A stretch of 64,000 nucleotides of DNA from Prevotella sp. (GTDB lineage Bacteria > Bacteroidota > Bacteroidia > Bacteroidales > Bacteroidaceae), in the NCBI GenBank assembly GCA_016287755.1, contig JAEEWT010000013.1, positions 48,177-112,176 of the forward strand, read 5' to 3'. How positions within the stretch are numbered: position 1 is the first letter of the stretch; each line of letters begins with the position of its first letter. Shown here one piece after another: positions 1 through 9,004 of the stretch. Position numbers and translations under genes: made by a program. The notes under the pieces were generated by a model, which did not search any database, was not told the DNA's origin, and worked only from the letters and a program-made list of their open reading frames with translations.

Positions 1-2
1 AG

Positions 3-98
3 AAGATTCTGAATAACCGCGAAATGCTGGAAGAGATGCGGGTTAAACACCCCGCATTGGAACACTTGCTCGGAAAGCTGGAGCTGGAGCTGGTATAA
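3..98 (+). CDS. dnaX: 3' end of an upstream gene, probably DNA polymerase III gamma/tau C-terminal tail (partial)
   Basis: Frame from position 3 reads KILNNREMLEEMRVKHPALEHLLGKLELELV*, resembling the Bacteroidota DnaX C-terminus (M..K.P.L..L...L.L). Only 31 aa are visible. Confidence 0.55.
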   Translation, partial: KILNNREMLEEMRVKHPALEHLLGKLELELV

Positions 99-104
99 GC
101 AACC

Positions 105-1142
105 TTAAATCAGCGTCATACCTAACTCATGACATTCCTTGCGCATCTCATCCGGCCATATACTGGCCTGGATCTCACCGAGATGGGCTTTCTGGAGGAG
201 TACCATACACAGACGACTCTGACCGATACCGCCGCCCACGCTGAGGGGCAGTTCGCCATTAAGAAGTTTCTGATGGAAATACAGCTGGGCACGATCCTGC
301 TTACCTGTAATCTCCAGCTGGCGGACCAGACTCTCCTGATCCACACGAATACCCATGGACGACAGTTCCACAGCACGACCCAACACAGGATACCAAATCA
401 GGATATCACCATTCAAGCCCTTCTTGCCATCACCGCACTCTGTGGTCCAGTCGTCATAGTCGGGAGCACGACCGTCGTGGGGTTCTCCGTTGGCCAGCTT
501 ACCGCCGATACCGATGATGAACACCGCTCCGTACTTCTTCGCAATCAGGTCTTCGCGTTCCTTGACGCTCTTATCGGGATACATCGCCAGCAGGTCCTCA
601 CTGTGTATGAAATGGATCTCCTGCGGCAGGAAGGGATTCAGCTTACAATAGCGTTCGCACACCAGAAACTCCGTACGGAGGATGGCGGCATAGATTCGAC
701 GTACAATGTTCTTCAGGAAGTCGAGGTTACGCTGGTCGCGCGTAATCACAGCCTCCCAGTCCCATTGGTCAACATACAATGAGTGAAGGTTATCCAGCTC
801 CTCGTCGGCACGGATGGCATTCATGTCGGTATAGACGCCATACCCCGGCTCCACATGATACTCAGCCAAGGTGAGTCGCTTCCATTTCGCCAGCGAATGC
901 ACCACCTCTGCCTTGGCATCACCCAGATCCTTGATGGGGAAGGTAACAGGACGCTCCACACCGTTCAGATCGTCGTTGATACCCAGTCCTTGGAGCACGA
1001 AAAGCGGTGCGGTTACACGGCGCAGACGAAGCTCCGTACTGAGGTTCTGCTGGAAGAATTCCTTAATCAGTTTAATGCCCTGCTCGGTCTGTCGCATATC
1101 AAGCACAGACTCATAGTCGATGGGCTTCATAATCTTACTCAT
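105..1142 (-). CDS. asnA: Aspartate--ammonia ligase (asparagine synthetase A)
   Basis: 345 aa; motifs EVVHSLAKWKR, SLYVDQWDWE, HDGRAPDYDDW, ELSSMGIRV, GGGIGQSR. Confidence 0.97.
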   Translation of the reverse strand: MSKIMKPIDYESVLDMRQTEQGIKLIKEFFQQNLSTELRLRRVTAPLFVLQGLGINDDLNGVERPVTFPIKDLGDAKAEVVHSLAKWKRLTLAEYHVEPGYGVYTDMNAIRADEELDNLHSLYVDQWDWEAVITRDQRNLDFLKNIVRRIYAAILRTEFLVCERYCKLNPFLPQEIHFIHSEDLLAMYPDKSVKEREDLIAKKYGAVFIIGIGGKLANGEPHDGRAPDYDDWTTECGDGKKGLNGDILIWYPVLGRAVELSSMGIRVDQESLVRQLEITGKQDRAQLYFHQKLLNGELPLSVGGGIGQSRLCMVLLQKAHLGEIQASIWPDEMRKECHELGMTLI

Positions 1143-1271
1143 TGTCGTCTTTTATCTGTATTTTTGTCAAAACTGCCTGCAAAGGTAAGAAGAAAATATT
1201 AAAATGCAAGAGAATTTTTATATTTTTCTCGCATTTTGCAAGCAAAAATAGACAAAATATAGACAAAACGA

Positions 1272-1323
1272 CAAGAAGCAAGAAGCAAGAGCACTATTCT
1301 CTTGCTTCTTACCTCTTGCTTCT
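1272..1323. repeat. Heptamer (CAAGAAG)n palindrome or hairpin
   Basis: AAGAAGCAAGAG (1280-1291) pairs perfectly with CTCTTGCTTCTT (1299-1310) around a 7-nt loop, with extra heptamer units on both sides. Lies just downstream of the TMEM43 gene. Confidence 0.75.
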
Positions 1324-1355
1324 AAAAGTTTCGCATACACATGCGAAATTTGATT

Positions 1356-2720
1356 CTATACCTGCTGTGTTTCCGGTTGCAAGTCTCTCTTCCGAGCCAG
1401 CTCCTTCAGTTTGTCCTTACCCTTGAAGGCGAATACCCAGATGAGGAAGGCTGCGATGGCCAGGAGGATGATGCCGATAATCGGACGGTAGAACAGCCAG
1501 GCAATGGCAATGATGATGAGCGACCATACAATGCCGACCACCGTACATACCACACCAACACCCCAGCCCACGATGTTGGCCACGAAGGGCACCACCTTGA
1601 GGACGGTTGAGAGAATATCGAAGATACCCTTCAGACCAGTGATCACGAGGATCACGCCTAAGATACGAAGAACCCAAAGGAAGAGATGGTTCTGCGAATG
1701 CTCGCTCTCGAAGATCTCGTCCATGTCCTGCTTACCCATGCGCACCACCGAGAAGGTCTTACCGTTCTTGGCCTTATACGACTTGAACGTATCGCCGCTT
1801 ACCTTGGCCATGATGGTGATCATAGCGGGAACCACCTTCTCGAAGGTGATACGTACATCACCCACCTGCGGACTGGTAGGCGACTGTCCGAAATACAGTA
1901 CGTTACCTGCCTGATGCACAAAGTCGTAGTCTTTCTTGTTCTCCTGCGGCACGCTGTCGGGCACGATGGTCTTTACCGAATCGGGAATCTCAGCCAAGGT
2001 GGAATCAGCAGCCACGGTGTTCACCACGTTCTGTGCCACCTGCTGGGCAGCTACGGGTAACGGTCCGTTATAGCGTACGTGGATGTCCCTGCAGGCCTTG
2101 TCCCATGCCTTCAGCTGGTTGTCGGCCAGATTCACCACCACAGGTTCCATGGAACGGATGCTGTGTATCTGACTCTCATTGAGCTTATAGGCGCCGAAGG
2201 TTACATTCTCGGCCCATAGTGTATTGTTCTCGGCTGTTGTCAGCACGTAGTTCTTCTGCTGGTAAGCAGGATCGTGGAAGGTAGACGACTGCACCGGTCG
2301 GCTCACCCACTCCAAGGTATAGGTATAGGTGGTAACGGTTTCCTGCTTACCGCCCAGCTTGTCATGACTCTCACTCGAAGCATGCTCCACCCACTGGTAG
2401 TACTCCACGGTACGCTGCAATCCGATGGCACGCTCACCGAGTCCGTATTCCTTATCTACCAGTGAATCCTGCGTGGTAGCCACTGCCGAGGCATGAATCA
2501 GCTCACCGTCGTATTCCGGGTTGATCTTGTTCACGCTCTCCATCTCCACGGCCACTTTCTCCGCTTCGTTAAGCATCTTGTCGGTCTTCACCGCCCTACC
2601 TTCGTTCCACCACAATAATGCGGTACCGATACAGAAGAGGATGAAGCCACCTCCGATTCCTTTGAACGAGCTACCCACACGTTGGCCATAGCTCCGAGTT
2701 GTTGTTTCTTGATAAGCCAT
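1356..2720 (-). CDS. TMEM43 (DUF1625) family membrane protein
   Basis: 454 aa; N-terminal TM followed by LLWWNEGRAV, RTVEYYQWVE, PQVGDVRITF, and C-terminal TM helices with AWLFYRP. Confidence 0.85.
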   Translation of the reverse strand: MAYQETTTRSYGQRVGSSFKGIGGGFILFCIGTALLWWNEGRAVKTDKMLNEAEKVAVEMESVNKINPEYDGELIHASAVATTQDSLVDKEYGLGERAIGLQRTVEYYQWVEHASSESHDKLGGKQETVTTYTYTLEWVSRPVQSSTFHDPAYQQKNYVLTTAENNTLWAENVTFGAYKLNESQIHSIRSMEPVVVNLADNQLKAWDKACRDIHVRYNGPLPVAAQQVAQNVVNTVAADSTLAEIPDSVKTIVPDSVPQENKKDYDFVHQAGNVLYFGQSPTSPQVGDVRITFEKVVPAMITIMAKVSGDTFKSYKAKNGKTFSVVRMGKQDMDEIFESEHSQNHLFLWVLRILGVILVITGLKGIFDILSTVLKVVPFVANIVGWGVGVVCTVVGIVWSLIIIAIAWLFYRPIIGIILLAIAAFLIWVFAFKGKDKLKELARKRDLQPETQQV

Positions 2721-2924
2721 ATCTTTAAGTTTTAATGATTGATGTCACACTGTTTTGCTCAGTTGGTTTTGCCAATTTGACGGCAAAGATAAATAAAAAG
2801 ATGGAATAATCGTCGTCTTTTGTGCGAAAAAGTATGGATTTGCACACGAATCCATCAGTTTTTCTTGCAAATATGTAAAAATTTATCATTTTATGCTTAT
2901 CTTTGCGGTGTCAATTAAGAAGCT

Positions 2925-4346
2925 ATGAGACTCATGGAAAGTGCTATTAACGGATATTACAAACTCTCGTGGAGGGAACGCATCGGGTTCTGTTCGGGCG
3001 ATCTGGCCCAGAACCTGATCTATCAGACAGTCAGCATCTGGCTACTGTTCTACTATAACAACGTCTTTGGATTGGATTCGGCGGTGGTGGCCGTGATGTT
3101 CCTTGTGGTGCGTATCATCGACGTGATATGGGACCCGATGGTGGGGGCGATGGTGGATAAGTCGCACCCGCGCTGGGGCAAATACCGCTCGTGGCTGCTG
3201 TTCGGTGGAATCCCTCTGGCTGCCTTCGCCATGCTGTGCTTCTGGAACGGGTTCAGCGGATCGCTGCTCTATGCGTATATCACTTATGTAGGACTGAGTA
3301 TGTGCTTCACACTGATCAATGTGCCTTATGGAGCATTGGGTACGTCGCTTACGCGCGACACCGATGAGATTACCATCCTTACCAGTGTGCGCATGATCAT
3401 GGCTAATCTCGCAGGACTGATCATCAAGACGCTCCCGCTGGTCATCGTTCTCTTCGCACCGAAGGTGCTGAACCCGCAGACGGGTCAGATGGAGGCGGTC
3501 TATAACACCCCCGAGGCAGGACAGGCATGGTTCTTCACCATGAGCATCTTCGCCCTGACCGGTTTGATTCTGCTGCTCGTCACCTTCTTTGAGAGTAAGG
3601 AGCGCATCGTGATGGACAAGAGCGAGACCGCCAGTGTCAAGGTGAGCGACCTCTGGATGGAGCTGGTGAGGAACCGTCCGCTCAGAATCCTGTCTCTCTT
3701 CTTCATCATCGCCTTCACCACCATGAGCATCAGTAATGCGGCCGACTCGTATTTCATGACTTTCAACATGCATGCCACGCCGTTCATGACCACGGTATTT
3801 ATGTGGCTCGGTACCATTCCCGCATTCATCTTCCTACCTATGGTTCCTGCCATCAAACGGAAGATCGGTAAGAATGGAATGTTCCGTCTATTCCTCGGAA
3901 TAGCCATCGCAGCCATGCTACTGATGTACCTCTGCGGCTCCATTCCCGCTCTGAAGACCTACTCCCCCCTGATCTTCGCGGTACAGTTCGTCAAGAGCAC
4001 AGGCTTTGTAGTGGCCACGGGTTATATGTGGGCACTGGTTCCCGAGGTAGTTACCTATAGCGAATATGCTTCGGGCAAGCGTGTGGCGGGCATCGTGAAC
4101 GCGCTCATCTGCATCTTCATGAAGGCAGGAATGGCGCTGGGTGGTGTCATCCCCGGACTGGTGCTTGCCTGGGTTGACTTCAAGGCGGGTGAAACCGTAC
4201 AGGCGCCGCTGGCTGAGCAGGGTATCCTCTGGCTCGTCACCTTGATTCCCGCTGCCCTGTTCGTCCTGGCCATCTACGTCATCGGCAAATACGAACTGAG
4301 TGATGAGAAGATGGACGAGATCAATGCTGCGGTCACAAAAAAATAA
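2925..4346 (+). CDS. MFS glycoside-pentoside-hexuronide (GPH) cation symporter
   Basis: 473 aa, about 12 hydrophobic segments; motifs DVIWDPMVGAMVD, RWGKYRSW, INVPYGAL. Confidence 0.92.
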   Translation: MRLMESAINGYYKLSWRERIGFCSGDLAQNLIYQTVSIWLLFYYNNVFGLDSAVVAVMFLVVRIIDVIWDPMVGAMVDKSHPRWGKYRSWLLFGGIPLAAFAMLCFWNGFSGSLLYAYITYVGLSMCFTLINVPYGALGTSLTRDTDEITILTSVRMIMANLAGLIIKTLPLVIVLFAPKVLNPQTGQMEAVYNTPEAGQAWFFTMSIFALTGLILLLVTFFESKERIVMDKSETASVKVSDLWMELVRNRPLRILSLFFIIAFTTMSISNAADSYFMTFNMHATPFMTTVFMWLGTIPAFIFLPMVPAIKRKIGKNGMFRLFLGIAIAAMLLMYLCGSIPALKTYSPLIFAVQFVKSTGFVVATGYMWALVPEVVTYSEYASGKRVAGIVNALICIFMKAGMALGGVIPGLVLAWVDFKAGETVQAPLAEQGILWLVTLIPAALFVLAIYVIGKYELSDEKMDEINAAVTKK

Positions 4347-4351
4347 ATGAT

Positions 4352-5236
4352 ATGCAACTGACATCAAATTCCGACAAGATCACGAGAGACTATTTCGACT
4401 CTCTGCTGATCGAGACACGTTACATGGATGCTGAGCTCCCGTCAACCGAGATGACGCTGTTCGGCGAAGTATTCCGCACACCGATTATGACCGCTGCCCT
4501 GTCGCATCTGCATAACTCCGCACGCAACGGTATGGTGATCTATGCCCGTGCAGCTGCCCTGAGTGGTGCTGTGCATTGGGTGGGCATGGGTAGCGACCAA
4601 GAGCTGGAGGACATCGTGGCCACAGGGGCCAGAACCATCAAGATCATCAAGCCGCATGCTGATAACCGCGAGGTGTTCCGCAAGATCGACCATGCGGTTA
4701 AGGTGGGCTGTATGGCTGTGGGAATGGATATCGATCATGCCTTCAATTCCGAAGGCGGGTACGATAATGTGTTCGGACTCCCCATGAAGGCGAAATCCAC
4801 TGAGGAGCTGACCGACTTTGTGCAGGCTGCCGATGTACCATTCATCGCAAAGGGTGTACTCAGTCCGCACGATGCCGAGAGGTGTATGAAGGCTGGCTGT
4901 GCAGGTATGGTGGTGTCGCACCATCATGGCATGATCCAATATGCCGTACCGCCGCTGATGGCGCTCCCGGATATTCTTTCTGTAACTGGTGGAGAAATAC
5001 CGGTGTTTGTGGATTGCGGCATCGAAAGCGGAATGGATGCTTACAAGTGTCTGGCGCTCGGTGCTAAGGCCGTATCGGTGGGTCGTCATCTGATGCCGCT
5101 GCTCAAGGAAGGAGAAGATGCCGTGTCGATTCGCATCAACGAGATGACCGCCGAACTGGCTGGTATCATGGCTCGTACAGGCATCCCTGCGTTGGATAAG
5201 ATGGATTCCACGGTTATTCACAGGAGGAACTTCTAA
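4352..5236 (+). CDS. FMN-dependent alpha-hydroxy-acid dehydrogenase/oxidase family protein
   Basis: 294 aa; RTPIMTA, PFIAKGVLS, VSHHHG, VDCGIESGMDAYKCLALGAKAVSVGR match the FMN_dh TIM-barrel pattern. Confidence 0.85.
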   Translation: MQLTSNSDKITRDYFDSLLIETRYMDAELPSTEMTLFGEVFRTPIMTAALSHLHNSARNGMVIYARAAALSGAVHWVGMGSDQELEDIVATGARTIKIIKPHADNREVFRKIDHAVKVGCMAVGMDIDHAFNSEGGYDNVFGLPMKAKSTEELTDFVQAADVPFIAKGVLSPHDAERCMKAGCAGMVVSHHHGMIQYAVPPLMALPDILSVTGGEIPVFVDCGIESGMDAYKCLALGAKAVSVGRHLMPLLKEGEDAVSIRINEMTAELAGIMARTGIPALDKMDSTVIHRRNF

Positions 5237-6054
5237 TGTATCTGGGTATTTCATCATCGTTGGAACATCGTTCCCCTGAGGAGTGGGCGGCGAAACATAA
5301 GGCTCTCGGACTCGACACCGTGAACTTCCCCGTTTGCTGTGACGACGGGGAGGATGTTTACATGGCATATAAGAAGGCGGCCGATCAAGTCGGACTAACC
5401 ATTGCCGAGGTGGGGGTATGGCGCAACACACTGGCTGCCGACCCCGATGAGCGCAAGCATTGGATTGACTATGCCGTGCGTCAGCTCCGTATGGCCGATG
5501 CTATCGGAGCCGACTGTTGTGTGAATGTGGTGGGCACACCCTACGGTCCGCGTTGGGATGGTGGTTATCGCGAGAACTTCAGTAGCGAGCTATGGGATAT
5601 GGCGGTCTGCATGATTCAGCAGATCATTGATACTGCCCAGCCCACCCATACCAAGTTCTGTATCGAGTCCATGCCCTGGATGATTCCCAGCAGTCCTGAC
5701 GAGTATCTGCGATTAATAGAAGATGTGGATCGTGAGATGTTCGGCACCCACCTCGATGTGGTGAACATGATTACCACGCCCCGCAGGTATTTCTTCAATG
5801 ATGAGTTTCTCATGGAGTGTTTCGAGAAGCTGCATGGCACCATCGTGAGCTGTCACCTAAAGGACATCCGGTTGAAGCCCGAATACACCTTCCAGCTACA
5901 GGAATGCGCCTGTGGCGAGGGCACCTTGAACCTGGAGCTATACGCCCAATTAGCCACCGCCGAGAATCCCCACATGCCCTTGATCATCGAGCACCTCACC
6001 ACCGATGAGGAGTATGTGGCGAGTGTGAAGTATGTGAGGGAGAGGTTGGGTTGA
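5236..6054 (+). CDS. Sugar phosphate isomerase/epimerase (xylose-isomerase-like TIM barrel)
   Basis: 272 aa; metal-ligand pattern IE..P, D..N, HLKD, IIEH. Start overlaps the upstream stop (TAATG). Confidence 0.85.
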   Translation: MYLGISSSLEHRSPEEWAAKHKALGLDTVNFPVCCDDGEDVYMAYKKAADQVGLTIAEVGVWRNTLAADPDERKHWIDYAVRQLRMADAIGADCCVNVVGTPYGPRWDGGYRENFSSELWDMAVCMIQQIIDTAQPTHTKFCIESMPWMIPSSPDEYLRLIEDVDREMFGTHLDVVNMITTPRRYFFNDEFLMECFEKLHGTIVSCHLKDIRLKPEYTFQLQECACGEGTLNLELYAQLATAENPHMPLIIEHLTTDEEYVASVKYVRERLG

Positions 6055-6120
6055 TCCCGTTGGAATTGACTTCGTCCATCCCAGCCCCTGCCACGGGCTG
6101 ATCTGACATCCAAACAAAAT

Positions 6121-6155
6121 GGGCTCCAACTGAAAACAAGTTCTCGTTGGAGTCC
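6121..6155. terminator. Hairpin between the convergent sugar operon and tRNA-Arg
   Basis: GGCTCCAAC ... GTTGGAGTC stem with AT-rich flanks. Confidence 0.55.
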
Positions 6156-6168
6156 ATTTATTTGTATG

Positions 6169-6242
6169 TGATCCCGTTGGGATTCAAACCCAAGACCTTC
6201 AGAACCGGAATCTGACGCTCTATTCAGCTAAGCTACGGGACC
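6169..6242 (-). tRNA. tRNA-Arg (anticodon CCG)
   Basis: Reverse complement GGTCCCGTAGCTTAGCTGAATAGAGCGTCAGATTCCGGTTCTGAAGGTCTTGGGTTTGAATCCCAACGGGATCA folds as a cloverleaf with anticodon stem TCAGA/TCTGA and loop TTCCGGT. A TAccTTTG box lies upstream on the minus strand (~6260-6267). Confidence 0.95.
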
Positions 6243-6344
6243 ATTTTCTTAATTCGGGTGCAAAGGTAATAAAAAATGAGAGCAGAACAAAATGAATTCA
6301 TTCTTTTTTTGCCGAGACGGAGTATCTTCGGCGAAGCTCCCCCC

Positions 6345-6752
6345 TCACGTCCACAAGCTGGTGATGAACATCGGGCTCGCATCATCGGCTTTCTTGAAAC
6401 CGCACGACTGGTAGAACTCCAATTCCTCGTTATAGGCCACGATGACGATTCGCAGATAATCCACGTAGTGCTCCTTCATCATCTCCACCAACCGTTTGCC
6501 GATACCCAGATGCTGATACTCTGGACGCACGAGCAGATAGTGCACATAGGCCGTCATTGCCCCATCGTCCATCGCACAAATCAGGCCTACGAGTTTCTTT
6601 CCATCCCATGCCGTATACACGGTCTCGAAATGCTTCATAGCCACCACCAGTTTCTCGGGGTAATGACCAGACGACCACTCTACCGAAAGAAACAGGTCTT
6701 GCAACTCCTGTTGGTCGAAATCATGAATATCCTTATATGTTATTTCCATCAT
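6345..6752 (-). CDS. GNAT family N-acetyltransferase
   Basis: 135 aa; LLVRPEYQHLGIGKRLV acetyl-CoA motif and FYQSCGF. Confidence 0.92.
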   Translation of the reverse strand: MMEITYKDIHDFDQQELQDLFLSVEWSSGHYPEKLVVAMKHFETVYTAWDGKKLVGLICAMDDGAMTAYVHYLLVRPEYQHLGIGKRLVEMMKEHYVDYLRIVIVAYNEELEFYQSCGFKKADDASPMFITSLWT

Positions 6753-6779
6753 GCAACGATCAAATAGTCCTGGCTCTTC

Positions 6780-7190
6780 CTAGAAGAAGTGGAAGAAAAA
6801 GAATACGGCAACGTATCGCGTGGGAACTCCTTTCGCATAACCGATGACGCTGTTGTTGCTGTTTCTAACGGTACCATCCGAGTCAACCTTCCCTAACAAG
6901 GAGTTGTTGCTATTCCTCACCGTTCCACTACTCTCCACCTTACCTAAATACGAGTTGTTGTTGTTCCTGATGTCTCCATTACTACCTATCTTTCCTAGCA
7001 GACGGTTGTTACTGTCGCGTATATCCCCATTACTGTTGATTCGTGCCACCACCGAGTTATTACTGTTCCTGATAGTCCCGTCAGCATCAACCTTTGCTAC
7101 CACCGAGTTGTTACTGTTACGAATGGTCTGAGCCGGGCACACCACAGCAAAGAACAACATCACCATCATCAGTATCATCTTCCTTTTCAT
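6780..7190 (-). CDS. Secreted 17-aa-repeat protein, probable 5-fold beta-flower family
   Basis: Start refined to ATG 7190 (MKRKMILM signal peptide). About 5.5 repeats of (T/D)IRNSNNSxxGKVDSDG, then a hydrophobic C-terminal tail VAVFFFFHFF. Confidence 0.7.
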   Translation of the reverse strand: MKRKMILMMVMLFFAVVCPAQTIRNSNNSVVAKVDADGTIRNSNNSVVARINSNGDIRDSNNRLLGKIGSNGDIRNNNNSYLGKVESSGTVRNSNNSLLGKVDSDGTVRNSNNSVIGYAKGVPTRYVAVFFFFHFF

Positions 7191-7454
7191 AAGCGTTCCT
7201 CCTTTACTATCACTTACGTTCTTTCCTTTTCTTAATCTCATAAACCAAGGAGATGAAGGCAATTACAACACCAATCACCCCCACTATCAGAGAAATAAAC
7301 ATAAAATTCTCTTTTGCCCAAGTAATCACTGTATCACTCATCATATATTCAAAACAAATTATTTCCTCCATCGTAAGATTACGTTTTATGCCACAAATTT
7401 AGGTATAATTCCCCAAATAGCAAAGGATTTTACGCTTTCTTATACCAATTTCTG

Positions 7455-7539
7455 AGTTATAAGCCTAGTTAGTGGTAGTTATAAGGCTGATAAGTGGGTG
7501 AAACCAGGCTGATAAGTGGTAGAAACTAGCCTTATAACT
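7455..7539. repeat. 85-bp MITE-like element with terminal inverted repeats
   Basis: AGTTATAAGCCTAGTT ... AACTAGCCTTATAACT (15/16 inverted match), internal AGGCTGATAAGTGG twice; related copy at 49383-49460. Confidence 0.65.
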
Positions 7540-7572
7540 TAATTACGAAATCACGATGTTGGAAGGATAATT

Positions 7573-7699
7573 TGTAGGGGATGTAGGAGATGTAGGGGAT
7601 GTTTTTATAACATTATAGAAAACTATATATAATAGGCTCGCGCGCCCGAAAATTTATAAAGTTTAGAAAACATCTCCTACATCCCCTACATCTCCTACA
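7573..7699. repeat. 127-bp inverted repeat built from GATGTAGG(A/G) nonamers
   Basis: Arms 7573-7605 and 7667-7699 match 30/33 in inverted orientation around an AT-rich spacer containing GGCTCGCGCGCCCG. Confidence 0.8.
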
Positions 7700-7904
7700 C
7701 TTTTTCAAAACGAAGAGTAATCTTCCATGAGCACTTTACGTGATTTAATTTCTTGAATATCAGTGTATTGAAACTCCTTTACATAGTGTCTCTTACATCC
7801 ATTAAGTTTTTTCGTGTTATACCCCAGTTTCTTCATTATCTTCTCTGTTTTAACAGTTGATAACGGTTTTTGATACCTCCATTGATCTTTTCCAAGATTA
7901 ATTA

Positions 7905-8017
7905 TGTACTTCTCTCGTTTAATCGTACCTCTGACTTCGCCGAAGGTACTTCCACTCGGAAGTAAAAATAAACAATATTTATTTTGTACTTCTCTCGTTT
8001 AATCGTACCTTTGCAGC
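7905..8017 (+). repeat. Promoter-associated hairpin repeat, copy A (1 unit)
   Basis: TGTACTTCTCTCGTTTAATCGTACCT occurs at 7905 and 7985 (80-bp period); the second ends in the TAccTTTG box before ATG 8018. Internal hairpin GAAGTAAAAATAAA/TTTATTTTGTACTTC. Confidence 0.8.
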
Positions 8018-8992
8018 ATGAAAGTGAGTATGCTTCAAAAGATCAGTAGGTGGCTGGCGGCAAATGCTTCTTTGACGGTGATTGCCGTGGCCGTTTTTAC
8101 TTTTTTTGTACCTGATACCTTTAACTGGGTGAGGGGGAATACGCAGACGGTGATTTTAGGAATCATCATGCTGACCATGGGACTTACCCTTACCACGCAG
8201 GACTTCCGTATATTAGCCCATCGCCCGTGGGACATCTTCATCGGTGCCTGCGCGCAGTTTATCATCATGCCATGTGTGGCCTATCTGCTGGTACATGTGT
8301 TCCGTTTGGAACCCGCCTTGGCCTTGGGTATTCTGCTGGTGGGCTGCTGTCCCGGCGGTGTATCAAGTAATATCATGTCGTACCTCTGTCATGGCGATGT
8401 GGCCTTCTCTGTGGGAATGACCTGCGCCTCTACCCTACTGGCGCCTGTGATGACTCCGCTGCTGATGGAGCTGACGGCTGGTGAGATTATCAAGATAGAC
8501 ACCATCGGCATGTTCCTCAATATCCTCATCGTGACGATTATACCTGTGGCCATTGGCTGTTTCCTGAACTACACGTATTCGAAGAAGGAGTGCTTTCCAA
8601 CGATACAGTCGTTGATGCCCGGACTGAGTGTGATTTGTTTGGCCTGCATCGTAGGCGGCGTAATCTCTACTGTGCACGATGACCTGGTAGCCCGCGGACT
8701 GATGCTGTTCCTCTGGACCTTTGCCGTGGTGTTCTGTCATAACACCTTAGGCTATATGATGGGATGGCTGTCGGGAAAGCTCGCGCGGTTCAACACAGCA
8801 AAGAAACGCACCATATCCATCGAGGTGGGAATGCAGAATGCCGGACTGGCCACTGTTCTTGCCAGTACGTTCTTTGCTGCACAGCCTCTTGCCGTACTGC
8901 CCTGCGCCATATCATGTGCCTGGCACAGCATCAGTGGTACGATACTCGCTGGTCTCTTCCAACAATATGACAAGAAAAAAGGCATTGCTTAA
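8018..8992 (+). CDS. Bile acid:sodium symporter (BASS/SBF) family transporter
   Basis: 324 aa; MLTMGLTL, GCCPGGVSSN, SIEVGMQNAGLA. Confidence 0.93.
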   Translation: MKVSMLQKISRWLAANASLTVIAVAVFTFFVPDTFNWVRGNTQTVILGIIMLTMGLTLTTQDFRILAHRPWDIFIGACAQFIIMPCVAYLLVHVFRLEPALALGILLVGCCPGGVSSNIMSYLCHGDVAFSVGMTCASTLLAPVMTPLLMELTAGEIIKIDTIGMFLNILIVTIIPVAIGCFLNYTYSKKECFPTIQSLMPGLSVICLACIVGGVISTVHDDLVARGLMLFLWTFAVVFCHNTLGYMMGWLSGKLARFNTAKKRTISIEVGMQNAGLATVLASTFFAAQPLAVLPCAISCAWHSISGTILAGLFQQYDKKKGIA

Positions 8993-9004
8993 CATCATCG
9001 AAGA

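Noticed and set aside
1960-2070. Low-complexity segment in the TMEM43 protein (AAQQVAQNVVNTVAADST...)
   Set aside because: No DNA repeat or palindrome underlies it; likely an ordinary variable loop.
129-6008. Long antisense or alternate-frame ORFs (for example 129-782, 3042-3773, 4442-5431) and similar ones throughout the window
   Set aside because: They are shadows of well-supported genes, with no recognisable motifs.
6243-8017. Intact prophage or integrative element next to tRNA-Arg
   Set aside because: No integrase, replication or structural genes; only repeats and two small genes.
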